This document shows positions 27,470 through 37,514 of a stretch of 46,406 bases of DNA, piece by piece; within the stretch, counting starts at the first letter, position 1, and every line of letters starts with the position of its first letter. Where the stretch lies: the NCBI GenBank assembly GCA_043753995.1, contig JAYUVP010000141.1:1-46406 (forward strand), in the 5' to 3' direction. Both the position numbers and the translations under genes were made by a program. The stretch comes from Fibrobacterota bacterium (lineage in GTDB: Bacteria; Fibrobacterota; Fibrobacteria; UBA11236). The notes under the pieces are model-generated. The model saw only the letters and a program-made list of their open reading frames with translations, ran no database searches and had not been told where the DNA came from.

Positions 27470-28224
27470 TGGCAACCATCGCGGGCTATTCCGTCCCCAT
27501 TGTCAACGACTCATGCAAATATGAGTGGGATCCCGCCCTGGATTGGTCGGAGCTTTCCGATCGGAACTGGAGGGCGAGAGACCGCGGCGCCGCCCAGGAT
27601 AAGCATTATGTGACCTTTTCGATCCGTGGCCGCGCAAGCCGCGTGCAAAACGTCCTATCCGCCCTGCAAGCTGCTCGCGGGTCGGTGGTAGTGATCAGCT
27701 ACGACGCGGGCGAATACCTGCCAGCGCCGGGCCTGGAGGCTTCAGCGGAGCACATCATCATTGACTACGCCAAGGAGGTTCGGCAAAACCTTGGGTATTA
27801 CACACTCGACAATATAAAAGTGATGCCGCGTTCGATTATTCAGCATGCTCCGGCCAATCTGAATTTGATGCGCCTAGCCCAAAATCAATACTCGGGGAAT
27901 ACCGATTGGAATATCACCAATGTCTTAACCATGGATGGCGGCGGAGTCCTGAGCAACGCCATTTACGAACATGCGGCGGACGGCGCAAACTTTCAGGGGA
28001 AATTTTGGAACCCTGATTCTGAATTCGATGAAATCCTTGATGCCATCCTCCAGGCACGCGGCGGCATCGTCGCATTCCCAACCATGCAGGGCGTGAGTAA
28101 TAATTGGGCTTGGGGGCTTCGCGTGAGCCAAGCGGCCGGCAACTGTCGCATCAAGAAGTTGAGCAATGTCAAGCGCGTCGATCTGGGATGGGCCTATGAT
28201 GTCGAGTTTGTGAGGGTGTTTTAA
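27469..28224 (+). CDS. Distal tail protein-like
   Basis: TGATG-coupled directly after the TMP; two beta-rich halves. Confidence 0.6.
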   Translation: MATIAGYSVPIVNDSCKYEWDPALDWSELSDRNWRARDRGAAQDKHYVTFSIRGRASRVQNVLSALQAARGSVVVISYDAGEYLPAPGLEASAEHIIIDYAKEVRQNLGYYTLDNIKVMPRSIIQHAPANLNLMRLAQNQYSGNTDWNITNVLTMDGGGVLSNAIYEHAADGANFQGKFWNPDSEFDEILDAILQARGGIVAFPTMQGVSNNWAWGLRVSQAAGNCRIKKLSNVKRVDLGWAYDVEFVRVF

Positions 28225-31200
28225 TGCGCATTGAATATGCCGTAATGATTTCCGACCCGCAAGGCAGCGCTATCAATTCCTCCACTTGGGGAATCTATAG
28301 CGGCGCCATGTGCTACGTCACAGGACGACCGGCATGGACCACCGCGACGCCACCCACTACTGGCCCACTGAATCCGAATAGCCTGATCAACCAACTCGAT
28401 TGGGCTCAGGGAATGTTCCTCATGGGGAAATTCACATTCCCAAGTTATTCAATTGACCTCGAAGAAATGGGCACATACGGCACGACAAGCGGGATGAAGG
28501 TTGACCTGCAAAACGTGACCGGTCTTTTCTTCGCGCTCCGGGATTTGGGATTCACTTTATACCGGTGCCGCGTGCAATTCTTTGTCGTCATCGAGGGTGT
28601 TTTTATTCAATGGTGGCAAGGTCTCGTCGGTGATGTGGCCTTCAACGGGTCAACCCTAAGCCTTGATTGCGTGGACTACTTCAAGGACATGCACGGTCAG
28701 GTTCCACCGGAAAAAGTGGACGCAACCGATTATCCCAGGGCTAAGGATTCAGTGATTGGCAAGGTTGTTCCCGCCTGTATCGGGTATGTTACCCATGCCC
28801 GCCTGTTGAATGTGGGCGGCAAGTCAACGCCGATGGATTGCATACAGATTTCAGGAATTAAGCACAAGACGTGCCCTTTGTTGGCATATACCGCTCCTGC
28901 ACTACCGCACACATCGACTCCAGTTTATACCCTGACCATATCAGTTCTCGATCTGGCTGTTGGCGTAAACGAGTGGGCCGGAAAATGGATCATTCCAATC
29001 AAGGGCGGGCCACGGGAACCGGTGAAAATCGTTAGCAATACCGCCACCACAGCATATCAGGTCACTTTAGTTGTGGACCGTTTTTGGACGTCCGGAGATG
29101 CTGGGGCGATTATTGTTCCCCAGGTTTACCACTCTTCAAATAGTTTTTTGGATGAGTGGTGGATGCAAATAATCGACGCATCATTCCCGAGGATTGTGTC
29201 TGACAAAGCGGTTTCGTCAATAGAATTAAATCCGGGAGGCGTGTCCCGCTATCTTGAGGCTTATGACAAAGATGCCGAATCATGGATAGATATTTCAGAC
29301 GCCACCCATAAGGTTAGCGAAACGAATATAGAGCAGGGGAACGGGAAACCGGGTTTTCTGATATTCTCAAAAGACCTTGAGGAAACGAAATCAAAAAATA
29401 AAACGATGAAGATGTTTAAGCCATCTTCGGCGATTCTTATCGGTTTTGAGTGGGCGCATAGTAATGATGTTTATGGCACCACCGCCGATGCCAATTACCT
29501 GACTATTTCGGGGAACACCGCAACAGGAGCGGTTCCGGCATTGTGCGACATGAACCGGGCGACGGAAATAACTTGGACCCTAACGCGAGGATCGTCACTC
29601 ACTGCTACTGCTTTTCCGATGAGAACAAAGGCGACTTTCGATTTGTTTTTCGATGCACAAATATTCAATTCTGGATATGATAGCCTTAGTGCGCAAATTC
29701 GCGCCAAGATATCATCTTCCGGGCCTTGGAAAAACCCTACAATTATCATTGCCATGGCCACTATTTACGGGATTGATATCCTTGGGAATAGGACCATGGA
29801 GGCGAATAAAATAAAGAAATCACTTTATAGCGTTGATACGCTTGGAGTCTTTTTTCAAGAATCTTTTGCGGCATCCCCAAGCCGAACAATAGACGGGATA
29901 CCTCTCCCCTATTTTGAGGATTATTCCGTCATTGGTGGCCAGGACGTAAAGAATCAAAACTCGATATTGCAATTTGATAGCCTATTGGGAGCGGCAAAAG
30001 ACTTCGCGTCTTTTAAAGGCGTCCGCATAGAGCTTGAATTCTGGATCGATCTGGACGCTGCGGCGTGGTCTCCTGGCGGGAATACCGCTATGCGGTTTGA
30101 TATTACCGACGTCGCCTTAAGCGGCAATGGGGAGGCGGATATAGCCCCCGAAGAGGCCGCCACCCGCGCGATCGGCCAAATGTATTCCGACGATTGGGAC
30201 GCCAGTCGAACCATTGGGGATCCTGTTACCAATATTGCCGACGTTCCCGCATATCTAATGCGGGAGTATGACGGGATGCCGTGGCTTGTCGATGCTGCAA
30301 GCGTGGACGCAGTCAAAGCCCTGCGTCCCGATTCTGTTTGGAGCGTTGGCCGCCAGCTATTCGACGCCTCGAAATCATCCGCCGAGCTTATTGAGTCGGC
30401 ATGCAAAGAGGGGTGGTTTGCCATCGCCCCTACATCGACTGGCCAGCGGCGGCAAATGGCATGGACTGAGGCCGCAACGAGCTTTGACTTTGACGCGACG
30501 AACATTGTGCCGGATTCGATAGGCACCGCCGTTGCGACGCCTTTGCGCAAGGTCTATACCGAATTCGATATCAATTACAACTTTGACCCAGGGCCAAACA
30601 AGCGGACGCGGAATATCACGATTCGCAGGACCGATGAAGCTTTCCCGGCTGAGACGACATTCGAAGGCAGTTACGCAACCGTTGCGCAAACTGCTTATTG
30701 GTACAGTCCGGACGGAGCATTCCCTACAATTAGGTTTCAATTCGCGACCGAACTGGTAAAGGTCGGCGATTACGTGAGCTTTGTGGGCACGGATCCAGGG
30801 AATGAGCTTGTTTTTGCTCCAAGGATCGTGCTTACGTCTCACTACTTCGAGGGGTATTGGTACTGCTCGGTTGATGGCGCAGGTGGCACAGTCCTTTCCG
30901 ATTATGCGATTTATACTCTAGGGACACTGTCTTTGCATGAAGCCCATTCCCCGGCCTGGAAGGATTTCGTTTCGGGCGTGTATTTGTATTCCGATGCTGC
31001 GGCCTTGCATAACTCGGTAGCCTATCCGCTGACGCGCACAAAGAACGTGCTCAAGCTCGATATGGATTGGGCTTTTGAGTGGTCGGACTGGGGCGGGTCA
31101 TCGGGGAATAATCTCCCGTTGCAATGGCTGGCAACTGGCGTCCCATGGCTGTCGAAACCGAAATATCGTATCCCGTTCAAAATTCCAATCAATTCCACTA

Positions 31201-31358
31201 CCCTCGCCCTCTACCCTGGCCAGTGCGTCACCTTTACGGATTCCGTGGCCACCAATGGCGACACGTTGACCGGATGGATTCAGCGGCTTAATCTGCGGCC
31301 AGGCGCCATCGGAAAAGACAATGTGATTGACGTCGAAATCATTTACGTACTGGACTGA
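28224..31358 (+). CDS. Tail tip/hub (central fibre) protein
   Basis: 1044 aa; 'IGKVVPACIG'; C-terminal 'LYPGQCVTF'; position. Confidence 0.75.
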   Translation: MRIEYAVMISDPQGSAINSSTWGIYSGAMCYVTGRPAWTTATPPTTGPLNPNSLINQLDWAQGMFLMGKFTFPSYSIDLEEMGTYGTTSGMKVDLQNVTGLFFALRDLGFTLYRCRVQFFVVIEGVFIQWWQGLVGDVAFNGSTLSLDCVDYFKDMHGQVPPEKVDATDYPRAKDSVIGKVVPACIGYVTHARLLNVGGKSTPMDCIQISGIKHKTCPLLAYTAPALPHTSTPVYTLTISVLDLAVGVNEWAGKWIIPIKGGPREPVKIVSNTATTAYQVTLVVDRFWTSGDAGAIIVPQVYHSSNSFLDEWWMQIIDASFPRIVSDKAVSSIELNPGGVSRYLEAYDKDAESWIDISDATHKVSETNIEQGNGKPGFLIFSKDLEETKSKNKTMKMFKPSSAILIGFEWAHSNDVYGTTADANYLTISGNTATGAVPALCDMNRATEITWTLTRGSSLTATAFPMRTKATFDLFFDAQIFNSGYDSLSAQIRAKISSSGPWKNPTIIIAMATIYGIDILGNRTMEANKIKKSLYSVDTLGVFFQESFAASPSRTIDGIPLPYFEDYSVIGGQDVKNQNSILQFDSLLGAAKDFASFKGVRIELEFWIDLDAAAWSPGGNTAMRFDITDVALSGNGEADIAPEEAATRAIGQMYSDDWDASRTIGDPVTNIADVPAYLMREYDGMPWLVDAASVDAVKALRPDSVWSVGRQLFDASKSSAELIESACKEGWFAIAPTSTGQRRQMAWTEAATSFDFDATNIVPDSIGTAVATPLRKVYTEFDINYNFDPGPNKRTRNITIRRTDEAFPAETTFEGSYATVAQTAYWYSPDGAFPTIRFQFATELVKVGDYVSFVGTDPGNELVFAPRIVLTSHYFEGYWYCSVDGAGGTVLSDYAIYTLGTLSLHEAHSPAWKDFVSGVYLYSDAAALHNSVAYPLTRTKNVLKLDMDWAFEWSDWGGSSGNNLPLQWLATGVPWLSKPKYRIPFKIPINSTTLALYPGQCVTFTDSVATNGDTLTGWIQRLNLRPGAIGKDNVIDVEIIYVLD

Positions 31359-31360
31359 TC

Positions 31361-34300
31361 ATGCCAAGCATCGCAGAAATTCAAGGCAAGCTCACGTCAC
31401 TAAAAAACCGGCGACGGTATTCTTCAGGGGCGGAGGAGTTAGGCGCAGCGGGTATTACAGGGGTTACCCCTACAGGCCTAAATGATGGTGACGGGGCCAG
31501 CATTCAAGCGATGCTGGAGGGTGTGTACAATCTCATTTCTCCCACCATTTCGCTAAACGCGATCATCAAGGCCCCGACCACATCGGCGACTAATGTGATT
31601 CAGCCGACCTTGGCGACGGTGATACCGTTGACCATTCGCGGGTTTGCCTCGCAGTCGGCGGAGCTTTTGCGCATCGAGGACTCGGCGAGCGCCTTGCGCC
31701 TGTCGGTTTCGGCTGCGGGCAATTTGTCCATAGCGGGAAACCTCTCGCTTACTGCCGTCACCTCTGGCGCTTGGAATGGCACGGTGATTGGTCCGACTTA
31801 CGGGGGCACTGGCCTTTCTGCCTACACCACCGGAGACTTGCCTTATGCGTCGACCACGAATACCCTGGCAAGGCTTGGGATAGGTTCGGCGGGGCAATTC
31901 CTGCGGGTGTCCTCGGGGCTGCCTGTTTGGTCCTCGCTGGCCTCGGGAGATGTGACCGGGGCTCTCGGCTTCACCCCGGTGAATCGCGCTGGCGACACCA
32001 TGACCGGCTTGCTCACGCTTTCGGCGGACCCGACAAGCGCCCTTCATGCGGCCACAAAGGCCTATGTCGATGCTTTGGTTGCGGGCGTCAATGTCAAGTC
32101 TCCAGTGGCATGCGCGACGACGGCAAATATCACCTTGAGTGGTGAGCAGACGATCGACGGCGTGGCCACATCAGCAAGTAGCGTGCTCGTCAAGGACCAA
32201 AGCACCGCATCGCAAAACGGCATTTACGTGTCGGCCTCCGGGTCTTGGACGCGCGCCACGGACATGGACGGAGGCAGCGAGGCCGTGGGGGCCTTGGTCT
32301 TCGTCTCGGGAGGCACGGCGAATGCTAATTCCCAGTGGGCAGTTTCGACACCTAGCCCGATTACCATTGGCACTACGGGCATCGCATGGACTCTCTATTA
32401 TTCGTCGGCGGCCTATATTGGCGGCGCCGGCCTCTCGCTCTCCGGACTCACCTTCAACGTGGGCACAGCCTCGGCTTCGCGCATCGTCGTCAACGCCAAT
32501 GACATCGACCTCGCCACAACAGCTATTACTCCGGGCACCTACCCCAAGGCCACCTATGATGCCTATGGGCGGGCAACGGCGGGCGCATCTCTCGTCGATG
32601 GGGACATCCCTTCGGCCCTGACCGGAAAAACTTACAACGCGCTCACTTTGACTTCGCAGGCGGTAGGATTCACAATCGCGGGCGGCACATCCTCGCGCAC
32701 CCTCACCGTGGGCGGCACCGCTTCGGTTTCCGGCACCAATACCGGCGACCAGACAATCACCATGACCGGCAACGTGACGGGCTCGGGCACGGGCAGCTTT
32801 GCCACGACCATCGCGGCGGGCGCCGTCACCCTGGCCATGCAGGCGAACATAGCGGCGAATAGCCTCATGGGAAATAACACGGGTAGCAGCGCCACCCCAT
32901 TGGCTTTGAGCGTGGCCCAAGTCAAAACCTTGTTGTCGATTTCCTCGGCGGACGTTTCCGGCCTGGCCGCTATTGCTTATTCAGGCAGCGCGTCGGACCT
33001 TTCGGCAGGCACCATTCCAGCCGCGCGCATGCCGGCTTTGACGGGTGATGTCACCAGCTCGGCGGGCACGGTGGCGACGACCATCGCAAACAATGTGGTG
33101 ACGCTGGCCAAGTTCCAGCAAATCGCCACAGCTTCGATTTTGGGGCGTAACACTGCGAGTACCGGTAACGTGGAGGTTTTGTCTGGGGCGACGGTTCGCG
33201 GTATCCTGGGGTTAGCTACTACCGATTCTCCGGCCTTCGCAAATATCACCCTTACCGATGCGGGCGGGCCAACCCTTGCCCTTAATTCGGTGGCGGTCTC
33301 GAATCGAGACATAGCATATCACACCAATGGCGTTTTGCGCTGGGCGATGGTTGTCGGAAGCACAGCGGAGAGCGGATCGAATGCTGGATCGAATTTTTCG
33401 ATCCGGGCCTATACGGACGCGGGCGCAACCATCGACGACCCGATTCAAATAGCGCGTGTCGCTGGCGGCGGAATCACAATCACCCGCCCCACCACATTTT
33501 CGGGAGCGATTTCTGCCAGCAACCTTTCGGGCACCAATACCGGTAACCAAACCATCACCTTGACGGGTGACGTAACAGGAAGCGGCACTGGGAGCTTTGC
33601 GGCCACGGTGAGCAACAACGCTATCACCTTGGCCAAAATGGCCACGATGGCTACGGCGTCTTTTCTAGGGAGGAATACAGCGGGTACGGGTAATGTCGAA
33701 GCTCTTTCGACTGCCACGGTAAAAACCCTCTTGAATCTCGTCGGCAATAATACTGGCGACCAGACTATTACCCTCACTGGGGACGTGACCGGTAGCGGCA
33801 CCGGATCATTTGCGGCAACTATTGCGAACAATTCTGTGACTCTGGCAAAGCTGGCCACGATGGCGACAGCCTCTTTCCATGGGCGCAATACTGCGGGCAC
33901 GGGGAATGTCGAGGTTTTGTCCGCGTCAACAGTCCGATCGATGTTATCAATTTCCAATGTTGAGAATACTGCGATCTCTACATGGTCTGGATCTTCGAAT
34001 ATTACGACGGTCGGTACACTTTCCGCCATGAGCACGTCCGGCAGGATCATAACCAGCTTCTCTTCGGGTGGCTCTGATGCCCTACAACTGACCTCTACCA
34101 GCGCCGGAACTGGAATGATTTTCGGCGGCGATACTCGCCAGTATCGAGCGGCGGCGGGTGTGTGGGGGACGGATGCGCAATTCTCTTTTCAAAGCTCGAG
34201 CTCAATCACCGGATCGAATGGCAATCGAGGTGCAGCCTTTTTTGGCGTCTATGGTGGACGTCAAATACAAATAGACAATGACGAAATCCAAGCAATGGAC

Positions 34301-35242
34301 GCGGCCTCCGTTTCAAAGTTATACCTCAACTATAATGGCGGATCGATCGTCGCCGGTGGTGGCGGTCAAAGCTGTTTGTTGGTCGGGCACGACGAATCTC
34401 CGATCGCCAATGCTTTAATCGATGTGCGAAAAGGCAACAATAATATTTATGCGGCGTTTGGCGGCACTGCCGCGTCCAATTCGGATCATCCCGGATATAT
34501 TTATATGTCATATACTTCGTGCATAAATTCAGGTTATTCAAGAAATTCAGTAGCGGAATTAAATTTTAATTATGTGGGTTACGCAAATAGTACTTCGCAG
34601 TTCCGTGACACTTTTTTCTATAATGGCAAACAACAGCAAATAGCAAAATTACAAGGGTCGGACAGGTCAGCTAATTTCTACGGCGATATCATTGGCGCCG
34701 GAATGTTATCGATTTCTGGTCTTACTAATTTCTACAATTCCGTTATTGTCAACGAGTCATCATCATCGTCTTATGGAATTTTAAAAGCTGGCTCCGATGC
34801 TTACCAGTCTTTTGAATCATCGTCAAATAGGCCTATAACGATTGCGCCAAATTCCGCTTATTGTGCGATGTTCCAAAACGCCCGACTTCACGTCGGCGCC
34901 ACCCAGACCCAGCCGACAAGCACCATCCAGAGCGGCGGATCCCTTGCTGGCCTTTACGGCGTTCGCACTTCCGGATCAACTATCGGCAATATCGTATTTA
35001 TTAACATCTCCGCATCCTCAACACAAACCCTCCCAGCCGCATCGTCATGCCCAGGCCGCGCCTATTTCTTCCTGCGCAATTATTCCGGCATCGGAACAGC
35101 CTACATCGATCGGGCTGGATCGGACACTATGGACATAAACGGCACAACCGGGATCACAAGCTATCCCATGACATCTCACGGTAAATTTGTCGTACTTGTC
35201 TCAAACGGAAGCGACACATGGGTCAGCTTCGCGCACAATTAA
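31361..35242 (+). CDS. Long tail fibre / receptor-binding protein
   Basis: YGGTG, 'GDTMTG', 'HAATKAYVD', 'ATTANITLSG.QTIDG', 'QNGIY', internal repeats and a 'TLPAA' C-terminal domain. Confidence 0.92.
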   Translation: MPSIAEIQGKLTSLKNRRRYSSGAEELGAAGITGVTPTGLNDGDGASIQAMLEGVYNLISPTISLNAIIKAPTTSATNVIQPTLATVIPLTIRGFASQSAELLRIEDSASALRLSVSAAGNLSIAGNLSLTAVTSGAWNGTVIGPTYGGTGLSAYTTGDLPYASTTNTLARLGIGSAGQFLRVSSGLPVWSSLASGDVTGALGFTPVNRAGDTMTGLLTLSADPTSALHAATKAYVDALVAGVNVKSPVACATTANITLSGEQTIDGVATSASSVLVKDQSTASQNGIYVSASGSWTRATDMDGGSEAVGALVFVSGGTANANSQWAVSTPSPITIGTTGIAWTLYYSSAAYIGGAGLSLSGLTFNVGTASASRIVVNANDIDLATTAITPGTYPKATYDAYGRATAGASLVDGDIPSALTGKTYNALTLTSQAVGFTIAGGTSSRTLTVGGTASVSGTNTGDQTITMTGNVTGSGTGSFATTIAAGAVTLAMQANIAANSLMGNNTGSSATPLALSVAQVKTLLSISSADVSGLAAIAYSGSASDLSAGTIPAARMPALTGDVTSSAGTVATTIANNVVTLAKFQQIATASILGRNTASTGNVEVLSGATVRGILGLATTDSPAFANITLTDAGGPTLALNSVAVSNRDIAYHTNGVLRWAMVVGSTAESGSNAGSNFSIRAYTDAGATIDDPIQIARVAGGGITITRPTTFSGAISASNLSGTNTGNQTITLTGDVTGSGTGSFAATVSNNAITLAKMATMATASFLGRNTAGTGNVEALSTATVKTLLNLVGNNTGDQTITLTGDVTGSGTGSFAATIANNSVTLAKLATMATASFHGRNTAGTGNVEVLSASTVRSMLSISNVENTAISTWSGSSNITTVGTLSAMSTSGRIITSFSSGGSDALQLTSTSAGTGMIFGGDTRQYRAAAGVWGTDAQFSFQSSSSITGSNGNRGAAFFGVYGGRQIQIDNDEIQAMDAASVSKLYLNYNGGSIVAGGGGQSCLLVGHDESPIANALIDVRKGNNNIYAAFGGTAASNSDHPGYIYMSYTSCINSGYSRNSVAELNFNYVGYANSTSQFRDTFFYNGKQQQIAKLQGSDRSANFYGDIIGAGMLSISGLTNFYNSVIVNESSSSSYGILKAGSDAYQSFESSSNRPITIAPNSAYCAMFQNARLHVGATQTQPTSTIQSGGSLAGLYGVRTSGSTIGNIVFINISASSTQTLPAASSCPGRAYFFLRNYSGIGTAYIDRAGSDTMDINGTTGITSYPMTSHGKFVVLVSNGSDTWVSFAHN
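32732..33960 (+). repeat. Internal repeats of about 70 aa in the tail fibre (NTGDQTITLTGDVTGSGTGSFA...LGRNTAGTGNVE.LS)
   Basis: Copies start near 32732, 33040 (partial), 33530 and 33743. Confidence 0.85.
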
Positions 35243-35466
35243 TCATTTTCTCGATCCTTATTTTGATCGGTTGTGATTCGAAAATGATCAATAATTCGGA
35301 ATCGCAAACCACACAAAAGGCCAGCGGAAAAAAAGAGCATGAGTGTATTATTAGTAAAAGAGGAGGGGCTTGCTGTCCAGACCCTTCCCCACCACGACCA
35401 CCCGGAAGCATCGGCGGAACCGGGCCGCGAAACAAGGAGGATACAGTATGCCAGATGTTACCCTGA
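35218..35466 (+). CDS. Small putative lipoprotein
   Basis: Hydrophobic stretch ending in LIG-C; Pro-rich C-terminus. Confidence 0.5.
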   Translation: MGQLRAQLIIFSILILIGCDSKMINNSESQTTQKASGKKEHECIISKRGGACCPDPSPPRPPGSIGGTGPRNKEDTVCQMLP

Positions 35467-35921
35467 GCCTAAAGGCTAAAGAGGCCGTCCAAATTTATCA
35501 GCGTGTCGCGAGCCTCAAGCATGGCGACAAGACTTTCAAAGCCCCGCGCCAAAAGTTCCTACGGGCAATTACCAATGCCTGGCCGGAAATTCAGAGCGAG
35601 GAGCCTTTGGGTGAGAAGGAGGGCAAGGCCCTGGATGTTGCGCCCGCCAGGGCTGTGATTTTCACGGGTGACCAGCAAAAAGCAGTCTCCGAGGGGTTGC
35701 TTTCCGTCATGTCCGACCCCGCGACCATGGACATCACCATCACCCAGATTTTCCGTGAGGCCAAATTGCTGCGTCTTGTGGGTAGGCTCGACAAGGCTTT
35801 CATGGCTGACTCTTGCGGGCCCATGGAGGAGGCTTTGGATGGGGAGGATGAGAGTGTCGACCTCGACGATGAATCGCCTCAACCGCTAGAACTCAAGGCT
35901 GAAGTGGAGGCTATGGCCTAG
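35448..35921 (+). CDS. Hypothetical protein
   Basis: AAGGAGG RBS; acidic C-terminus. Confidence 0.75.
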   Translation: MPDVTLSLKAKEAVQIYQRVASLKHGDKTFKAPRQKFLRAITNAWPEIQSEEPLGEKEGKALDVAPARAVIFTGDQQKAVSEGLLSVMSDPATMDITITQIFREAKLLRLVGRLDKAFMADSCGPMEEALDGEDESVDLDDESPQPLELKAEVEAMA

Positions 35922-35954
35922 GCGCATTACCTTTCTCCTCCCAGGAGAAACCTC

Positions 35955-36302
35955 ATGCGCACAATCCTTATTTCCATCCTTCTCGCCATCTCAATCCATG
36001 CCCAGGATCGCGGCCCAAGTCCGGCCGCATTACCAGAGCCAGAGGCGCCAGCCCTGGCACAGGACAGCACGACTCCTCCGCCAGCCTTTCGTGATTTATC
36101 GGCGAACAAAACCGCAATGGTCTTAGCTGCTTCGTCGAAGCGTGATAGCCTAGCCCTGGAAAGCGACCGCGAAACACGCAAGGCCATGCTTGCAGAGGCA
36201 AAATCAATGTCGGCATCGCTACGAACCATTGCCGGAGTTGCCGTTTTGTCGGCCATCATAAGCGTCTGCGGGGTGATAGCGATTTTCGCCGCTTCCCCAT
36301 AA
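35955..36302 (+). CDS. Exported/membrane protein (signal peptide plus C-terminal TM)
   Basis: AGGAG RBS; MRTILISILLAISIHA signal; hydrophobic C-terminus. Confidence 0.7.
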   Translation: MRTILISILLAISIHAQDRGPSPAALPEPEAPALAQDSTTPPPAFRDLSANKTAMVLAASSKRDSLALESDRETRKAMLAEAKSMSASLRTIAGVAVLSAIISVCGVIAIFAASP

Positions 36303-36365
36303 TTTCCAGATTTTCGGGGCTTTTGGTTTCTGGCCGGGTCCGGTGATTCCCGGTATGTTACCGGT

Positions 36366-36557
36366 GTGCCCCGCAAAATACCTGAGTTCGAGGCGAGCCG
36401 CGAAAGGTTCGACGCGGCCTTTTGTGCTGCCATCCTGGAGGCTGCCGAGGTACGGCGGGCTGGTGAGGATATGGCGGCTTGGTTTATTTCGAGGCCTGAG
36501 ACTGCGCGGGACGACAGCCCCGAGGCAGAGCAGATAGTGATTTGGGAGGCGGCCTAA
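36366..36557 (+). CDS. Small hypothetical protein
   Basis: Fills the gap and converges on the repressor gene; weak RBS. Confidence 0.4.
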   Translation: MPRKIPEFEASRERFDAAFCAAILEAAEVRRAGEDMAAWFISRPETARDDSPEAEQIVIWEAA

Positions 36558-37177
36558 GCCACCCCCTTCACAACCATTTCCAAAATCTCATTTGTCCGCC
36601 GCGTGACCAGCTCTTGCAGCGTGCCCGACAGCCCCGCCCGCTTCTCCAAAGTCACCATCTCGGCCGCCATCCTGCAGAGGGTCGCGAACCTATCCGCGGG
36701 CATGTGCAAGCCGCGCTGGGCCAGGGCCTCGCCGAGGATGCGGACTGAGGTCTCCACTGTGTCGGGGGCGATGCAAATGCCGGGGAGGGTGACTACGGGG
36801 GTGGGCTCTTCCACCAGGCCGAATCCCTCGGTGGGTGGATTGGGATCCCAGCCACCACCGGAGAGGGTCACGACGTGGCGTATGCCTGCTTTTTCTGTTG
36901 GGCCAGCCTTGATTGACTCGAGTTTTATTGGCTGACCTTGCACCCGCACCACTTCGAGTCGGATGCCAGGGTTGAGCATATCCCCGCGATCATCCTCATA
37001 CCAATCCATGCTCACACCCAAATCCTTCAGGGCTAGGCGGACCTTGTTTGGGGTTGGGCGAGTTCCTAGGTCGTAATAGGCATACACACGCTGATGCTGG
37101 CCTAGGGCCTCGCCCATTTCCGATTGAGTTAAGCCTAGGGCCTCCCTAAACTGGCGAATTTTGGTTAATCCAGGCAC
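36554..37177 (-). CDS. XRE-family HTH repressor (CI-like 1)
   Basis: IRQFREALGLTQSEMGEALG...G.RP...GVSMDW...G.GDML; divergent from the early genes. Confidence 0.88.
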   Translation of the reverse strand: MPGLTKIRQFREALGLTQSEMGEALGQHQRVYAYYDLGTRPTPNKVRLALKDLGVSMDWYEDDRGDMLNPGIRLEVVRVQGQPIKLESIKAGPTEKAGIRHVVTLSGGGWDPNPPTEGFGLVEEPTPVVTLPGICIAPDTVETSVRILGEALAQRGLHMPADRFATLCRMAAEMVTLEKRAGLSGTLQELVTRRTNEILEMVVKGVA

Positions 37178-37287
37178 AGAGTTAAAAAGATGTAAAATCT
37201 TTTTCTAGACCTAAAAAGGTCTTGCTGATTGAACTTCTTTGTTCTAATGTTATGAGCATGATTGAACATATCAAAGGCAATGTAGCC
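37178..37287. promoter_or_regulatory. Divergent promoter/operator region 1
   Basis: AT-rich; AAAAAGAT-N5-ATCTTTTT and AGACCT-N4-AGGTCT inverted repeats; TGATTGAAC direct repeat twice. Confidence 0.6.
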
Positions 37288-37494
37288 ATGAAGACGCAAG
37301 AACCCAAAACAGCAATGGTTGAAGTGCTGGACTCGGATCGTGGACGCATTCAGGCCCTCAAGTATCGCTTCGGCTTGCGAAGTGGCTTTGAGCTCGTGAA
37401 TCGCGCCCTAGACCTCCTTGAATCTCAAGGTGATTCCGCCAAATTACCGGAACCCACGTCCGCCGGTCAACCCTCTTCGATGGCTGTTGCCTAG
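37288..37494 (+). CDS. Small DNA-binding protein (RHH-like) in the Cro position
   Basis: Beta-alpha-alpha pattern with 'ELVNRALDLL'; divergent from the repressor. Confidence 0.6.
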   Translation: MKTQEPKTAMVEVLDSDRGRIQALKYRFGLRSGFELVNRALDLLESQGDSAKLPEPTSAGQPSSMAVA

Positions 37495-37514
37495 GAGTCT
37501 TTGATGTTTCACCG

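Noticed and set aside
35927..36433. 168-aa minus-strand ORF
   Set aside because: It overlaps the plus-strand ORF 35955, which has an RBS and a signal peptide.
31361..36557. Diversity-generating retroelement or invertible fibre cassette
   Set aside because: I saw no reverse transcriptase, no TR/VR pair differing at adenines, no invertase and no inverted alternative fibre ends.
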